A stretch of DNA of 64,000 nucleotides from Roseibacillus sp. (GTDB taxonomy: Bacteria; Verrucomicrobiota; Verrucomicrobiia; Verrucomicrobiales; Akkermansiaceae), in the NCBI GenBank assembly GCA_965242925.1, contig CBDEUM010000029.1:32001-96000 (forward strand), read 5' to 3'. Positions within the stretch are counted from its first letter, which is position 1; the number at the start of each line of letters is the position of its first letter. Both the position numbers and the translations under genes were made by a program. Below, one piece after another: positions 39,218-49,212 of this stretch. The notes beneath the pieces are model-generated. The model searched no databases and was not told the origin of the DNA. It worked only from the letters and a program-made list of their open reading frames with translations.

Positions 39218-40497
39218 GTCATGACCTCCCGGATGGGCCCGCACTCGTCGTGTGCGATGGGCAGTTTCTGCCCCTTATGGCGGTATTTTTTCCGTCGGGG
39301 GTCGATACCGAGCACGCTGAAGATGGTATGGAAGAGATCGCCGATGTCGTAACCGGTTCCGTCCACGAAGACACCGTCCCTGTCGCTGTTTCCCACGATG
39401 GCGCCCCGCCTGATGCCGCAGCCGGCCAGGGCGAGACTCCAGCAATCCGGCCAGTGATCGCGTCCGAGGCGGGAATTGATGATGGGCGTACGGCCGAACT
39501 CGCTCATGAGAACGACTAGAACATCATCGAGCATACCGCGCTCATCGAGATCGTCGATGAGGGCGGCGAAAGGCTGGTCGATCTGCGGGATGAGCCGTTG
39601 TGACATGTTGAAATTGTCACTGTGAGTGTCCCAGTGATAGCTGTTGACCTTTACGAATCGTACGCCGGACTCCAGCAGATGACGGGCTCGGAGGATGTGG
39701 CGGCCGAGCGGATGGCTACCGTACCGTTCACGGTCCCCGGGATCGATCCGAGTGTCATCGAAGATGTCCTTGCGGGCCATGAGCTGCCGGGCCATACGAT
39801 AGCTGGTCTCGTAGGCATCAATTTCAGAGGATCCCCGGTAGGACTTGAAACGCTGGTTGGCACGCTCTCGCAGAATCTGCCGGGCCTCGTTCTGTTGTGC
39901 GGAAATGGATTCGGGGCGGTGGATGTGAATGGGGGCCTTTCCGTCTCCGAGGGCCAGTGCGCCGTACTCCGCACCGAGGAAGCCGGCTTCGCGTGCAATG
40001 AAGCCGCCGTTGCCGGGTTTGATCCAGACGTAGGGAGGGAGCTCGGGGTCGGCGGGTCCGAGGAGCTTGGCGACTGCGGAGCCGAGGTAGGGATAGTCCA
40101 CTCCACGGTCGATGGGGTCCCCACGCTGGATCCTGGGCACACCAGTTGAGTGATTCGGATCCTTGGTGCACATGCTGCGAATGATCGAGATCTTATGCGC
40201 AATCCTGGCGGTGTGCGGAAGCAGCTCGCTGAAATGGATGCCGGGGATGCTGGTGGGGATGCTCCGGAACGGTCCGGCGAACTGGCTGCCGGACAGGGGA
40301 TGCCAGCTCTCAAACTGGCTGATGCCACCGTCGAGCCAGATAAGGCAGACTTGCTTATTTTTTTTGGCGATTTCCCGGGCAATGGCGGGTTGGAGCAGGC
40401 TGCCAAATCCAATGCTGCCGCCAAGGAGGCCGAGGACACGACGTCTGGACAGGGCGTGAAAGGGGGATTGGCAGGATGTGGATCCGGGATGGGGCAT
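39214..40497 (-). CDS. DUF1501 family protein (Tat-exported)
   Basis: SRRRVL Tat motif; WLDGGISQFESW, GVRFV, WDTH and EFGRTP...GRDHWP motifs. Confidence 0.88.
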   Translation of the reverse strand: MPHPGSTSCQSPFHALSRRRVLGLLGGSIGFGSLLQPAIAREIAKKNKQVCLIWLDGGISQFESWHPLSGSQFAGPFRSIPTSIPGIHFSELLPHTARIAHKISIIRSMCTKDPNHSTGVPRIQRGDPIDRGVDYPYLGSAVAKLLGPADPELPPYVWIKPGNGGFIAREAGFLGAEYGALALGDGKAPIHIHRPESISAQQNEARQILRERANQRFKSYRGSSEIDAYETSYRMARQLMARKDIFDDTRIDPGDRERYGSHPLGRHILRARHLLESGVRFVKVNSYHWDTHSDNFNMSQRLIPQIDQPFAALIDDLDERGMLDDVLVVLMSEFGRTPIINSRLGRDHWPDCWSLALAGCGIRRGAIVGNSDRDGVFVDGTGYDIGDLFHTIFSVLGIDPRRKKYRHKGQKLPIAHDECGPIREVMT

Positions 40498-40509
40498 TCT
40501 TCTTCTGCT

Positions 40510-42147
40510 TTAGTGATTCAGGCGGAATTCTGTTGAAGTGAGGAGAGCCCAGATGAGATCGGAGAGGCCAGCCCTGCGGCGGTCGGGGTGCGCTTCAAGA
40601 TAGGTAGACAGTTCCTGCTGTTCATCCTCTTCCGGCAGGCGGGAGAGAACAGCGCAATAGAGCTCTTTGGCGATGGCATCTGGTGATTTCATCTTGGCAA
40701 GCCGGGAGGCAAGGTTGTGCTTTCGTGGTTGCAGCCAATGGAGGACGAGTCGGTCATTCATGAGAAAGAGAGCCTTGTTCAGCCCCGGCGCAAAGTCGTC
40801 CTCGGGCACGCCGGAGGGCTGGCCGAAGGTTTCCACGAAAATGGTCCGGATGTCGGCGTAGGCGGTGGGTAGGCCGGTGTTGGTGCCGGTGAAGTAGCCG
40901 CGGTGGTCAAACTTTTCTTCGCCCGTCGACTCCTGGGCGCGAACCTCCTCGTTGCCAGTGGCCCGCAGGATGGAGTGGAGGAGTTGTTCTGGAGTGAGCC
41001 CCTTGAGATGAGCCACGCGGTAGTTCTCCGGTTCGACTTCCGTCTCTCCGGGGGGAAGTCGGCTGCTGCGCTGGTAGCTTGCGCTGAAGGCGATCTGGCG
41101 GAGGAGCCACTTTATGTCGAACTGATGCGCGACGAACTGGCGTTCCAGAAGATCAAGGAGTTCGGGATGCGAGGGTGGGTTTTCACTATGGGCCTGGTCG
41201 AGGGGCATCCAGAATCCCCGACCCATCATGAGCTTCCAGAAGCGGTTTACGCTGTTGCGGACGAAGAGGTTGTTTCGGCCGGAAGCGAGGTCACGGGCAA
41301 GCCGTTCGCGCGGGCGAAATTTGGGCACGGCGGGCAGGCCGTCAGCAGCGGGTTTTTCGAAGCCCTGATGTTCGTCAAACGTTGGGATGGGGATTTCTTT
41401 CCCGCCCGGTAATCGGGGGCCGGTGTCCTCCTGGTCGTCGAAGAAGACGGATTGGAACTCCACCTTCTTGGTGGCGAGGTTCTCCACGAAGTATGACCGC
41501 TTCTCTCCGGAGTGGGTGGCGAGTCTGGTCTGGTTCAGGTAGGCGTAGAGGCCCCAATAGTGCGCCTGAGTCCAATCGTCGACGGAGGGATGATCGTGGC
41601 AGCGGGCGCATTCAAGATCACGTCCGAGGAAAAGGCGGGCGATATCCTCAGTGAGGCGGTGGTGATTACCTTTTCCAAGGAATCTCATTGCGGCGCGGGA
41701 TTCTCCCTTTCCTGTAGCAGCAATCATCTCGCCTATGAGAACGTTCCAGCGTGGCTGGTCCTGCAGGCTCTTTTTCAGGTATGCCCGCCATTCATCGTCG
41801 GGAACTTGGCTAAGTTGCTGTCGCTCCAGTAGCATGACGGAGAGGCGGTCGGTCCAGTGTTCAGCGAAGTTTTTGCTGGCAAGCAGTTGATCAATGACCC
41901 GGCTACGCTTGCCTGCTGATTTGTCCCTGAGGAAGGTACGGGTCTGGACGGAGGTGGGAATGTTACCCACCAGATCAAGGTGGATTCTCCGCAGGAATGC
42001 AGCATCGTCGGCTACTGGTGCGAGAGGGCCACCGGCCTTGGCGGTGATGAGCCGGTCGATAGCGGCGGACACGGATTCTCCCCGTAGCGCTGCAGATGAT
42101 AGGCAGAACAGGAGCAGGGAGGCGATTACGCTGACCCTACATGGCAT
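40510..42147 (-). CDS. DUF1549/DUF1553 domain protein
   Basis: FLRRIHLDLVG, CARCHDHP, NRFW..MMGRG, NPPSHPELL and EFRLNH motifs. Confidence 0.88.
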   Translation of the reverse strand: MPCRVSVIASLLLFCLSSAALRGESVSAAIDRLITAKAGGPLAPVADDAAFLRRIHLDLVGNIPTSVQTRTFLRDKSAGKRSRVIDQLLASKNFAEHWTDRLSVMLLERQQLSQVPDDEWRAYLKKSLQDQPRWNVLIGEMIAATGKGESRAAMRFLGKGNHHRLTEDIARLFLGRDLECARCHDHPSVDDWTQAHYWGLYAYLNQTRLATHSGEKRSYFVENLATKKVEFQSVFFDDQEDTGPRLPGGKEIPIPTFDEHQGFEKPAADGLPAVPKFRPRERLARDLASGRNNLFVRNSVNRFWKLMMGRGFWMPLDQAHSENPPSHPELLDLLERQFVAHQFDIKWLLRQIAFSASYQRSSRLPPGETEVEPENYRVAHLKGLTPEQLLHSILRATGNEEVRAQESTGEEKFDHRGYFTGTNTGLPTAYADIRTIFVETFGQPSGVPEDDFAPGLNKALFLMNDRLVLHWLQPRKHNLASRLAKMKSPDAIAKELYCAVLSRLPEEDEQQELSTYLEAHPDRRRAGLSDLIWALLTSTEFRLNH

Positions 42148-42375
42148 TCGACAAGATTAGCAATTCTGGAGGTTGTAGCAAGCGTGCGGAGACCACAGAA
42201 GGAAAGGCTCAATCCGAAAGAGAGGAGAATCGCGACGGTCCCGTCCCGGTTTGCTTTCGAAGCCACGGAAGCCGTGGCTCAGGTTTGTGATCGGGCTTGC
42301 CTTGGGGGCAGGATACAGCCCCACTGTGATCCTTCCGGGAACGATTGAGAGAGAGCGAAATCTCTGCAGGGGCCC

Positions 42376-43836
42376 TTAGAGCCCAAAGCCGGTGCCCGGG
42401 AGGTAGCGGTAGTAAACCTCCAGCATGAGGGTGGCGAGGGCGGTGTGGTAAACCGGATCATTCTTGTTCCCCGGTCCGGGATTGGGCGGGGCTCGGAAGT
42501 GGCCATCGCCCTGCTGGCCGCTCAGGAGGGTGTCGCGAAACATGTCGTTGTAGCCGAGCCAGCTCCTGCCGCCGTGGTTGATGGCGGCCTGGCTCACGTA
42601 GTAGTGCTCGTAAAGGTTGCAGGGCCCTCCCTGGTAGCTGATGCTGGCGTGTTGGTCAATATAGTCCATCCCCTTGCGGGCGGCACGATGATTGGTTCCC
42701 TTATGCTGCTGGAAGCAGAGGACCCCCGCTCCGGTCAGGGTGAAGTGCCCGCCACCCACCGGGCTCGTGCCGGTGTAACCAAAGCCGCCATTACTGTTCT
42801 GTCGGCCTTCACAATAATTGAGCGCCTTGCTGATGCACTCAGGCAGGTTGCGGAAGTCGAGGCGGGTATGGTAGCCCGCTTTGAGAGCCTGCAGCTGCCA
42901 GGCGGTGATGGACATGTCGCCTCCGCGGCTGCCTTCATCGAAGCCGTATTCCCATCCTCCCGAGCGGTTCTGGTTGTCGATGATCCACTGCACGCCCAGC
43001 TGCACGGAATCCTTCAGGTTGGGAATGTTCAGGCCGAGCAGGCGGCAGAACATGTAGGCTTCGGCGAGCGCGTAAGTTGCGATGCCGTGCTCATAGACCC
43101 AGTGGTTGTCACCACGGTTGGTGCACAGCCGGCCCTTGTTCTTCACGCTGTTTTCGATGAGGTAAACCATGCCGTTGGTGACGGCTTCGCCGAATTCCTC
43201 GGAAAGAGGCGTCTCGCAGTGACCGAGATAGGCCAGGAGGACCAATCCGGTCTGGGCCACCTGGCTGCTACCACCCCAGGATCCATCACGGCGCTGAACT
43301 TTCTTGAACCAGCGCAGGGCCTCCACCACCGCCTTTTCGCAGGCCTCGTTGCCGCCACTCTGCTTGAGCCGGCGCATGCGGTCCGCGGCCGAACAGCGTT
43401 TCCGCATGGTAGCGGGGATTCGTCCGAAGCCGCCCCCGCCCCCGTTGCCGCCGGTGCCCCATCCCTTACCAATGTCGTCCCGGAAGCCGTAGGTCAGCGC
43501 CGGAACAGCCTCAATCTCCGGAATCGGCACGGCGGTCGGAGAAGGCGTCACCGAGGCCATGACCTTGGCCATGGACGAGGAGGGCGCATTGGGCTTGGGC
43601 GTGACCTCACGGGTAATTCGCTTCTCCTGGAGCGGGTCTTCCTCCTCTGAGCCGGAAGAGTAGGCAACAATGATGGGGGACTTGATCATCAGGGAAGGCA
43701 GGAGAATGAAGAAGAGGATGAGGACCACCAGGATCACCGAGAGGACGGCAATGATCAGGCTCGTGACGATCGATGCCCGGCGCTGGGCATCCAGGTTGGA
43801 CTGGGCCTCAGGATTGAGTCGGGCGTGAATGCTCAT
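42376..43836 (-). CDS. Membrane-anchored prenyltransferase/squalene-cyclase (QW) repeat protein
   Basis: N-terminal TM, Pro/Gly linker, QRRDGSW, QNRSGGW, QNSNGGF, QQGDGHF repeats and LEVYYRYLP end. Confidence 0.82.
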   Translation of the reverse strand: MSIHARLNPEAQSNLDAQRRASIVTSLIIAVLSVILVVLILFFILLPSLMIKSPIIVAYSSGSEEEDPLQEKRITREVTPKPNAPSSSMAKVMASVTPSPTAVPIPEIEAVPALTYGFRDDIGKGWGTGGNGGGGGFGRIPATMRKRCSAADRMRRLKQSGGNEACEKAVVEALRWFKKVQRRDGSWGGSSQVAQTGLVLLAYLGHCETPLSEEFGEAVTNGMVYLIENSVKNKGRLCTNRGDNHWVYEHGIATYALAEAYMFCRLLGLNIPNLKDSVQLGVQWIIDNQNRSGGWEYGFDEGSRGGDMSITAWQLQALKAGYHTRLDFRNLPECISKALNYCEGRQNSNGGFGYTGTSPVGGGHFTLTGAGVLCFQQHKGTNHRAARKGMDYIDQHASISYQGGPCNLYEHYYVSQAAINHGGRSWLGYNDMFRDTLLSGQQGDGHFRAPPNPGPGNKNDPVYHTALATLMLEVYYRYLPGTGFGL

Positions 43837-43997
43837 GATGTAACGGAATAGACGCCAATGCGCCGGAGCCACTAAGAATCCTTATTTCAAGGTCATTTTC
43901 AAGGCTGGAACGTGGTTTCTGTCTCAAATATTAGCACAAAAAGGGGATCGGAATGCCCGGATTATCAGGACCCCTTAGCTAATTGCCGCTACGGAGG

Positions 43998-45443
43998 TCA
44001 GGCGACGATCTCGTTGATAACCCGCCCCGCCACATCGGTCAGCCGGAACCGGCGGCCACTGTGCTTGAAGGTGAGCTTCTTGTGATCGAGTCCGAGAAGA
44101 TGGAGGATGGTCGCATGCAGGTCGTGGATTTCGACCTTGTCGACCGCTGCGCGGTGGCCGATTTCGTCGGTCTCGCCGTAGGAGGTTCCGCCCTTCACTC
44201 CGCCTCCGGCAAACCAGTAACAGCCGGCGTGGGGATTGTGATCGCGGCCCGGTTTGTTGCTCTTTTGGGCCACGGGAAGGCGCCCGAACTCTCCGCCCCA
44301 GATCACGAGGGTCTCGTCGAGAAGTCCCCGTTCCTCGAGATCATGCAGGAGGCCTGCGATGGGCTGGTCCGTTTCGCCCGCGAAGCCGGTGTGATTACCC
44401 ATGATGTCGTTGTGCCCGTCCCAGCTACGCTGGTTCTCCATTCCCCCGGAGTAGATTTGGACGTAGCGCACACCACGCTCGATCATCCGCCGTGCCATCA
44501 GGCACTGGCGGGCAAAATGACTGCATTGTCCGTTTTCGAGACCGTAAAGCTTCTTGATATGGTCCGGTTCGGAGTCGACGTCGACGCACGCGGGAGCCTC
44601 CTCCTGCATGCGGTAGCCCAGTTCGAAACTCTTGATCCGCGCAGTGAGTTTGCGATCGGCATCAACGCGCTCGCGGTGAGCCTGGTTCATCTCATTCAGG
44701 AAACGGAGCTGGGCACGTTGCTGTTCCTTGCTCAGCCCGGCAACCCGCTTCAGGTTCGGGATGGGATCACCCTTGGTGTTGATCCAGGTTCCCTGAAAGG
44801 ATCCCGGGAGAAATCCGTTGCCCCAGTTGGCCGCGTGGCCCTTGGGCAGGCCGCGGCCCTTTGGGTCGCTCATGACCATGAAGGCAGGCAGATTTTCATT
44901 CTCGGTTCCGAGGCCGTAGGCCACCCAGCTCCCCACGCAGGGATGGCCCATGCGCGTTACCCCCGTATTGGCCATGAAGAGGGCGGGGCTGTGGTTGTTG
45001 GACTGGGTATGGAAGGACTTCACGAATGCCATCTTGTCCACGTGCCTGGAAAGATGGGGGAAGAGGGAGGAGGCCCAGGCGCCACTCTGGCCGTGTTGCT
45101 TGAATTCAAAGGGGGACTTCATCAGCGGTCCGACCGCATTTTCGAAGAATCCGGTAGTGGGGTCGAAGCCTTCAAGCTTCTGCCCATCGCGCTTGGTGAG
45201 TTCGGGCTTGTGATCCCAGGTGTCGACGTGGGATGGACCGCCGTTGATGAAGAGCCAGATCACGTGCTTGGCCTTGCCATCGAAGTGTGGCTTGCGGGCC
45301 TCCAGGGGATTGTCACCAAGTTCGATGGCGGCGTGGCCGTTCTCGTGGAGGATGGATGCGAGGGCAAGGGCGCCAAGCCCGCCACCAGCCCGGCCCAGGA
45401 GTTCACGCCGGGACCAGAGATCTTCAATGCGGTTGCAGTTCAT
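43998..45443 (-). CDS. DUF1501 family protein (Tat-exported)
   Basis: SRRELL; GGPSHVDTWDHKP, ERGVRYVQ, WDGH, GEFGRLP and GRDHNP motifs. Confidence 0.9.
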   Translation of the reverse strand: MNCNRIEDLWSRRELLGRAGGGLGALALASILHENGHAAIELGDNPLEARKPHFDGKAKHVIWLFINGGPSHVDTWDHKPELTKRDGQKLEGFDPTTGFFENAVGPLMKSPFEFKQHGQSGAWASSLFPHLSRHVDKMAFVKSFHTQSNNHSPALFMANTGVTRMGHPCVGSWVAYGLGTENENLPAFMVMSDPKGRGLPKGHAANWGNGFLPGSFQGTWINTKGDPIPNLKRVAGLSKEQQRAQLRFLNEMNQAHRERVDADRKLTARIKSFELGYRMQEEAPACVDVDSEPDHIKKLYGLENGQCSHFARQCLMARRMIERGVRYVQIYSGGMENQRSWDGHNDIMGNHTGFAGETDQPIAGLLHDLEERGLLDETLVIWGGEFGRLPVAQKSNKPGRDHNPHAGCYWFAGGGVKGGTSYGETDEIGHRAAVDKVEIHDLHATILHLLGLDHKKLTFKHSGRRFRLTDVAGRVINEIVA

Positions 45444-45448
45444 CACGA

Positions 45449-48400
45449 TTACTCCACGTAAATCATTTCATTTGCGGCAAGGAGGGCATGGCAGAAGTCC
45501 ACGAGGGCGGGCTCCTTCTTCCCGCCGTAGCTCGCGATCTGTTCATTGAGGAAATGGTTCATGCGTTTCCGCTGTTCGCTCGTGGGAGGAGCTCCATGGG
45601 CGCGGTAGACTGCGCTGCCGACCGGATCGCTCTCGTTGAGAATCGCCTTTGCAAAGCGGGTGGCCATTTCGCGTACCTGTGGACTGTTGATGAACACGAG
45701 GGCCTGCGAGGGCGTGGTAGTCATTGCTCGCTGTCCCTGGCTTGTCATGCTGTCAGGCCAGTCGAAGAGCTGCATGATGGGCACCATCTTGCTGCGCTTG
45801 ACGAAAAAGTAGATGCTGCGCCGTTTCATGCCCTGGTCCAGGGTGCCCGCCCCGTACATCCTGCGGTCGAGCAGACCGCTGACGGCGAGGGCGTTGTCCC
45901 GGATGATTTCCGCTTCCAGACGCCGGGGTTCCCGCTTCCACCAGTAGCGGTTCCCGGGATCGGCACTGGTATTGGTCTCGTTATCGGAGGATCCCATGCG
46001 GTAAGCCGCGCTCATCATGATCTTCTTGTGCATGCGCTTGAGGGTCCATCCGTGGGTGATGAGATCACCGGCGAGGTGATCAAGCAGTCCGGGATGGGTG
46101 GGTTTGGTGCCCTGGAAGCCAAAATCGTTGACCGATTCCACAATTCCGCGACCGAAATGATGTTGCCACAGCCTGTTGACGATGACACGGGCTAGAAGAT
46201 GGCCGGCGCCGTTCTCTACATCGGTGATCCACTTCGCCACTCCACTGCGCTTCATGGAAGTGCGTGCCCCGTCCGGTTTGGAGACTACCCAGGATCCAGC
46301 ACTCTTTCCGTTGCGCATAAGGACCTTGAGGAAGTCCTGAGAGGCCTTTCCGTTCTTCTGGGCCGGATCGCCGCGCACGAGGTAGTAGCTTTCCTTGTAG
46401 AAGTCGGGCACCTTTCCACTGTTGGTGTGGTGGCGCATCGGCTTGAGGCCCTCACTGCAGATCATCACTCTTTCCTTTTTGCCCTCGGGCCGGGTGGAAT
46501 TGAGGGCGTTGATCCGGCCCTTCAAGCTGGCCCAGTCGGCATCGAGTTGGAGGTAGAGATCAATCATGCGCGCAAGATCGGCATCCTGCGGGGCGCCCTT
46601 TGTTTTGCGGCTGAGGGCAAGGAGCTCCTTGCGGGCGACCTCACCCGGATCGGAGTGTCCCTCCTGCAGGGGAAGATTGGCCGCCGGTCGGTTGCTTACG
46701 GAGAGGCGCAGGCGCCCGATGTTGTGCTGGGTGTTGAGGTTGAAGTGGAGTTTGAGGGAGAGCCGTTTGTTTACGCCTTTGACGACTTCGGGATTTGTGA
46801 TCTCGAAGATAGCGGCGTGATCCTTGCCGAACTGCGGGTCGACTGCCCAGCCGCTCTTGGGATTCCCATCGATCACGAGGTTGACATGGAGACTGTCGCT
46901 CTGGTTGAAGGTTGCCCGTGGGTTGGCCAGTTTCAGGGCGGTGGTTCCGGCGGAGACCTCCAGGTGAGAAAGCCCGATATTGCCATTGCCGGCCCGGCCC
47001 GGGCCCCCATTCTTCATTGACGGGTGCGCCAGAGCCTCGATGCGCAGGGACCGCGGCTCTTCGACCGGGGACGTGCTCACGAAGGTGTAGACTTCGGAAC
47101 TGGGATTCACCCCACCCGCGAGGTAGGAGCCGTCGGATTGCCGTTTAAAGGTTGTCCCCCCCTTGGAGACCAGGGGTTCCGCCACCAGGATGGTCCAGGC
47201 TGACGTGGGCTCATCCTTATCTCCTGCCCGGTTGGATTGCAGCCAGGCACGCAGCTTCTTCGGAGCCTGGTCCTTCTTATAGGTATCTGCCTCGGTCTGC
47301 AGTTTGCCCATGGCCTTCTTGAACTTGTCCATTGCCGCGCCCGTAGGTTTGTTGGTTTCGAGGTCGATTTCGGTTCGTACCGTCTGCGTGAAGGCGCTGA
47401 GCAGTTCGTAGTAATCCCGGGTGGGAATGGGATCGTATTTGTGATCGTGGCAACGGGCACAGCCGATGGTGGTGGCCAGCATGGCCGATCCCATTGTGGC
47501 GATCATGTCATCGGTGGCATCAAAGCGAATCCGTTCCGCCTCGCTGAAGGTGATCTGGGTGGGGTAAACCCCTGCCCCGAGAAACCCGGTAGCGGCCATC
47601 GCTTCCGAGTTATCGGGTGCCAGTTCATCGCCTGCGATCTGCCACTTCACGAATTGATCGTAGGGTATGTCGGCATTCAGGGCGCGGATGACGAAATCGC
47701 GGAAATGGAAGGCGAATTTGCGGTCGTAGTCGTGTTCAAACCCGTGGCTTTCTGCAAACCGGGCCACGTCGAGCCAGTGTCGCGCCCAGCGTTCACCGAA
47801 CCCGGGGCGGGCGAGGAGGTCGTCGATGACCTTCTCGTAGGCCTGCGGATCCTCGCTCTTCACGAATTTTCCGATCTCGTCCGGGGTGGGCGGAAGTCCG
47901 ATCAGATCAAAGTAGGCGCGTCGGATGAGTTTACGCGGATCGAGGGGGCCTGCCACTGTCAGCCCATGCTCCCGGTGCCTCGCGGCCAGATAACGATCGA
48001 TTTTGGAGGACGCGCTGTTTTGCGCCGGGGGAGGAGCAGTTGCCATCAAGGGGGCGTAGGCCCAGTAGTGCCGATCCTCGTCGGTGACCTGCATCGGAGC
48101 CTTTTTCGCCTTGCTCTTGTCAAGGAGCGGCTGGTCGTAGGCAGCTCCCAGGGCAATCCACTCCTCAAGGGCGGCAATCGCGTCAGCGGGGAGCTGCGGT
48201 TTCTTGGGTGGCATGGCCAGTTCCTCCTCAAGATGAGCAACCGCCCGGTAGAGGAGGCTTGCTTCAGGCTTGCCCGGAACGATCGCGACCCCCTGGTCTC
48301 CACCCCTGAGGACCGCCTCACGGGTGATCAGGTTGAGGCCCGACTTGGTCTTGTCGCCCCCATGGCAGCGTACACAGTGCTCCTTCAGGATGCCCCTCAC

Positions 48401-48514
48401 CGTGCTGGTGAAGAGCTTCTGGCTGGCGGTCATCCTGGCAGCGTGCCCGGGTTCCTCCGCCAGGGCCGAATGAGCCAGGGCCACGAGGACAAGGACCGGT
48501 AGAACTCTGGGCAT
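45449..48514 (-). CDS. Planctomycete-type cytochrome c + DUF1549 + inserted beta-sandwich + DUF1553 protein
   Basis: CVRCH...AMPP..WIALGA; GERWARHWLDVARFAES; CARCHDHKYDP; VNRLWQHHFGRG. Confidence 0.9.
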   Translation of the reverse strand: MPRVLPVLVLVALAHSALAEEPGHAARMTASQKLFTSTVRGILKEHCVRCHGGDKTKSGLNLITREAVLRGGDQGVAIVPGKPEASLLYRAVAHLEEELAMPPKKPQLPADAIAALEEWIALGAAYDQPLLDKSKAKKAPMQVTDEDRHYWAYAPLMATAPPPAQNSASSKIDRYLAARHREHGLTVAGPLDPRKLIRRAYFDLIGLPPTPDEIGKFVKSEDPQAYEKVIDDLLARPGFGERWARHWLDVARFAESHGFEHDYDRKFAFHFRDFVIRALNADIPYDQFVKWQIAGDELAPDNSEAMAATGFLGAGVYPTQITFSEAERIRFDATDDMIATMGSAMLATTIGCARCHDHKYDPIPTRDYYELLSAFTQTVRTEIDLETNKPTGAAMDKFKKAMGKLQTEADTYKKDQAPKKLRAWLQSNRAGDKDEPTSAWTILVAEPLVSKGGTTFKRQSDGSYLAGGVNPSSEVYTFVSTSPVEEPRSLRIEALAHPSMKNGGPGRAGNGNIGLSHLEVSAGTTALKLANPRATFNQSDSLHVNLVIDGNPKSGWAVDPQFGKDHAAIFEITNPEVVKGVNKRLSLKLHFNLNTQHNIGRLRLSVSNRPAANLPLQEGHSDPGEVARKELLALSRKTKGAPQDADLARMIDLYLQLDADWASLKGRINALNSTRPEGKKERVMICSEGLKPMRHHTNSGKVPDFYKESYYLVRGDPAQKNGKASQDFLKVLMRNGKSAGSWVVSKPDGARTSMKRSGVAKWITDVENGAGHLLARVIVNRLWQHHFGRGIVESVNDFGFQGTKPTHPGLLDHLAGDLITHGWTLKRMHKKIMMSAAYRMGSSDNETNTSADPGNRYWWKREPRRLEAEIIRDNALAVSGLLDRRMYGAGTLDQGMKRRSIYFFVKRSKMVPIMQLFDWPDSMTSQGQRAMTTTPSQALVFINSPQVREMATRFAKAILNESDPVGSAVYRAHGAPPTSEQRKRMNHFLNEQIASYGGKKEPALVDFCHALLAANEMIYVE

Positions 48515-48648
48515 ACCGGATGGTCACCCAGTGGCTCGTCCTAGGCAAGTCCCCAAGAGGGACGACACGGGTAACTAGATTTCGGCCTGGGGCGGTCTTT
48601 GCCGTGTTAAATCCGCGGAAGCGCCCTTTGCTGACACGAATCGCGGTA

Positions 48649-49200
48649 TTACACCAACTCGTTGAGGAGATTCTCATGCGGTCGCGGGATGACCACCTTG
48701 TGCACGAGGAGTCCCTTTTCCGAGACCAGGTTGGCGCCCGCATCGATTGCGGCCTGCACCGCCGAAACGTTGCCGGTGAGCGTGACGAAGGCCTTGCCCC
48801 CCAGGGCCATGGCGAGCCGAATTTCGATGAGTTGCACGTCGGCGGCCTTGGCCGCGGCATCCGCCGCTTCGAGCAGGGAGGTCACCGAGAAGGACTCGAT
48901 CACGCCCAGAGCGTCCAGTTCGTCCACCGGGTTGGCCCCCGAGATGGCGGGGAAGACACTGGGATCGATGTTGGAGAGCACTGCGGAGTCGATGATCGCT
49001 CCCTCGCTGATCTCAATTCCAGCTGCGACCGAGGATTCCACGTCGGCCACTTCGCCTCCCACCATGACCATGTATTTGCCCGAGCAGATGGATCGGGCCA
49101 GCAACATCTCGACGTTGGCAGCCTTGAGCATCTCATCGCTGGAGGAATACCCCGCCGCGATGCTGGAGAGTTCGACGATGCCGATAGCGTTCTTGGTCAT
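48649..49200 (-). CDS. pduT: Tandem-BMC-domain shell protein, PduT-like
   Basis: AIGIVELSSIAAG...LLARSICSGKY (Cys39); second domain ALGVIESFS...ADAAAKAADV...GGKA...VIPRPH. Confidence 0.9.
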   Translation of the reverse strand: MTKNAIGIVELSSIAAGYSSSDEMLKAANVEMLLARSICSGKYMVMVGGEVADVESSVAAGIEISEGAIIDSAVLSNIDPSVFPAISGANPVDELDALGVIESFSVTSLLEAADAAAKAADVQLIEIRLAMALGGKAFVTLTGNVSAVQAAIDAGANLVSEKGLLVHKVVIPRPHENLLNELV

Positions 49201-49212
49201 GGGGAGATCTTG

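Noticed and set aside
42376..43836. Squalene-hopene cyclase call
   Set aside because: Single barrel with QW-like repeats but no DxDD catalytic motif; N-terminal membrane anchor.
43983..45461. 492-aa plus-strand ORF
   Set aside because: Antisense to a well-supported DUF1501 gene.
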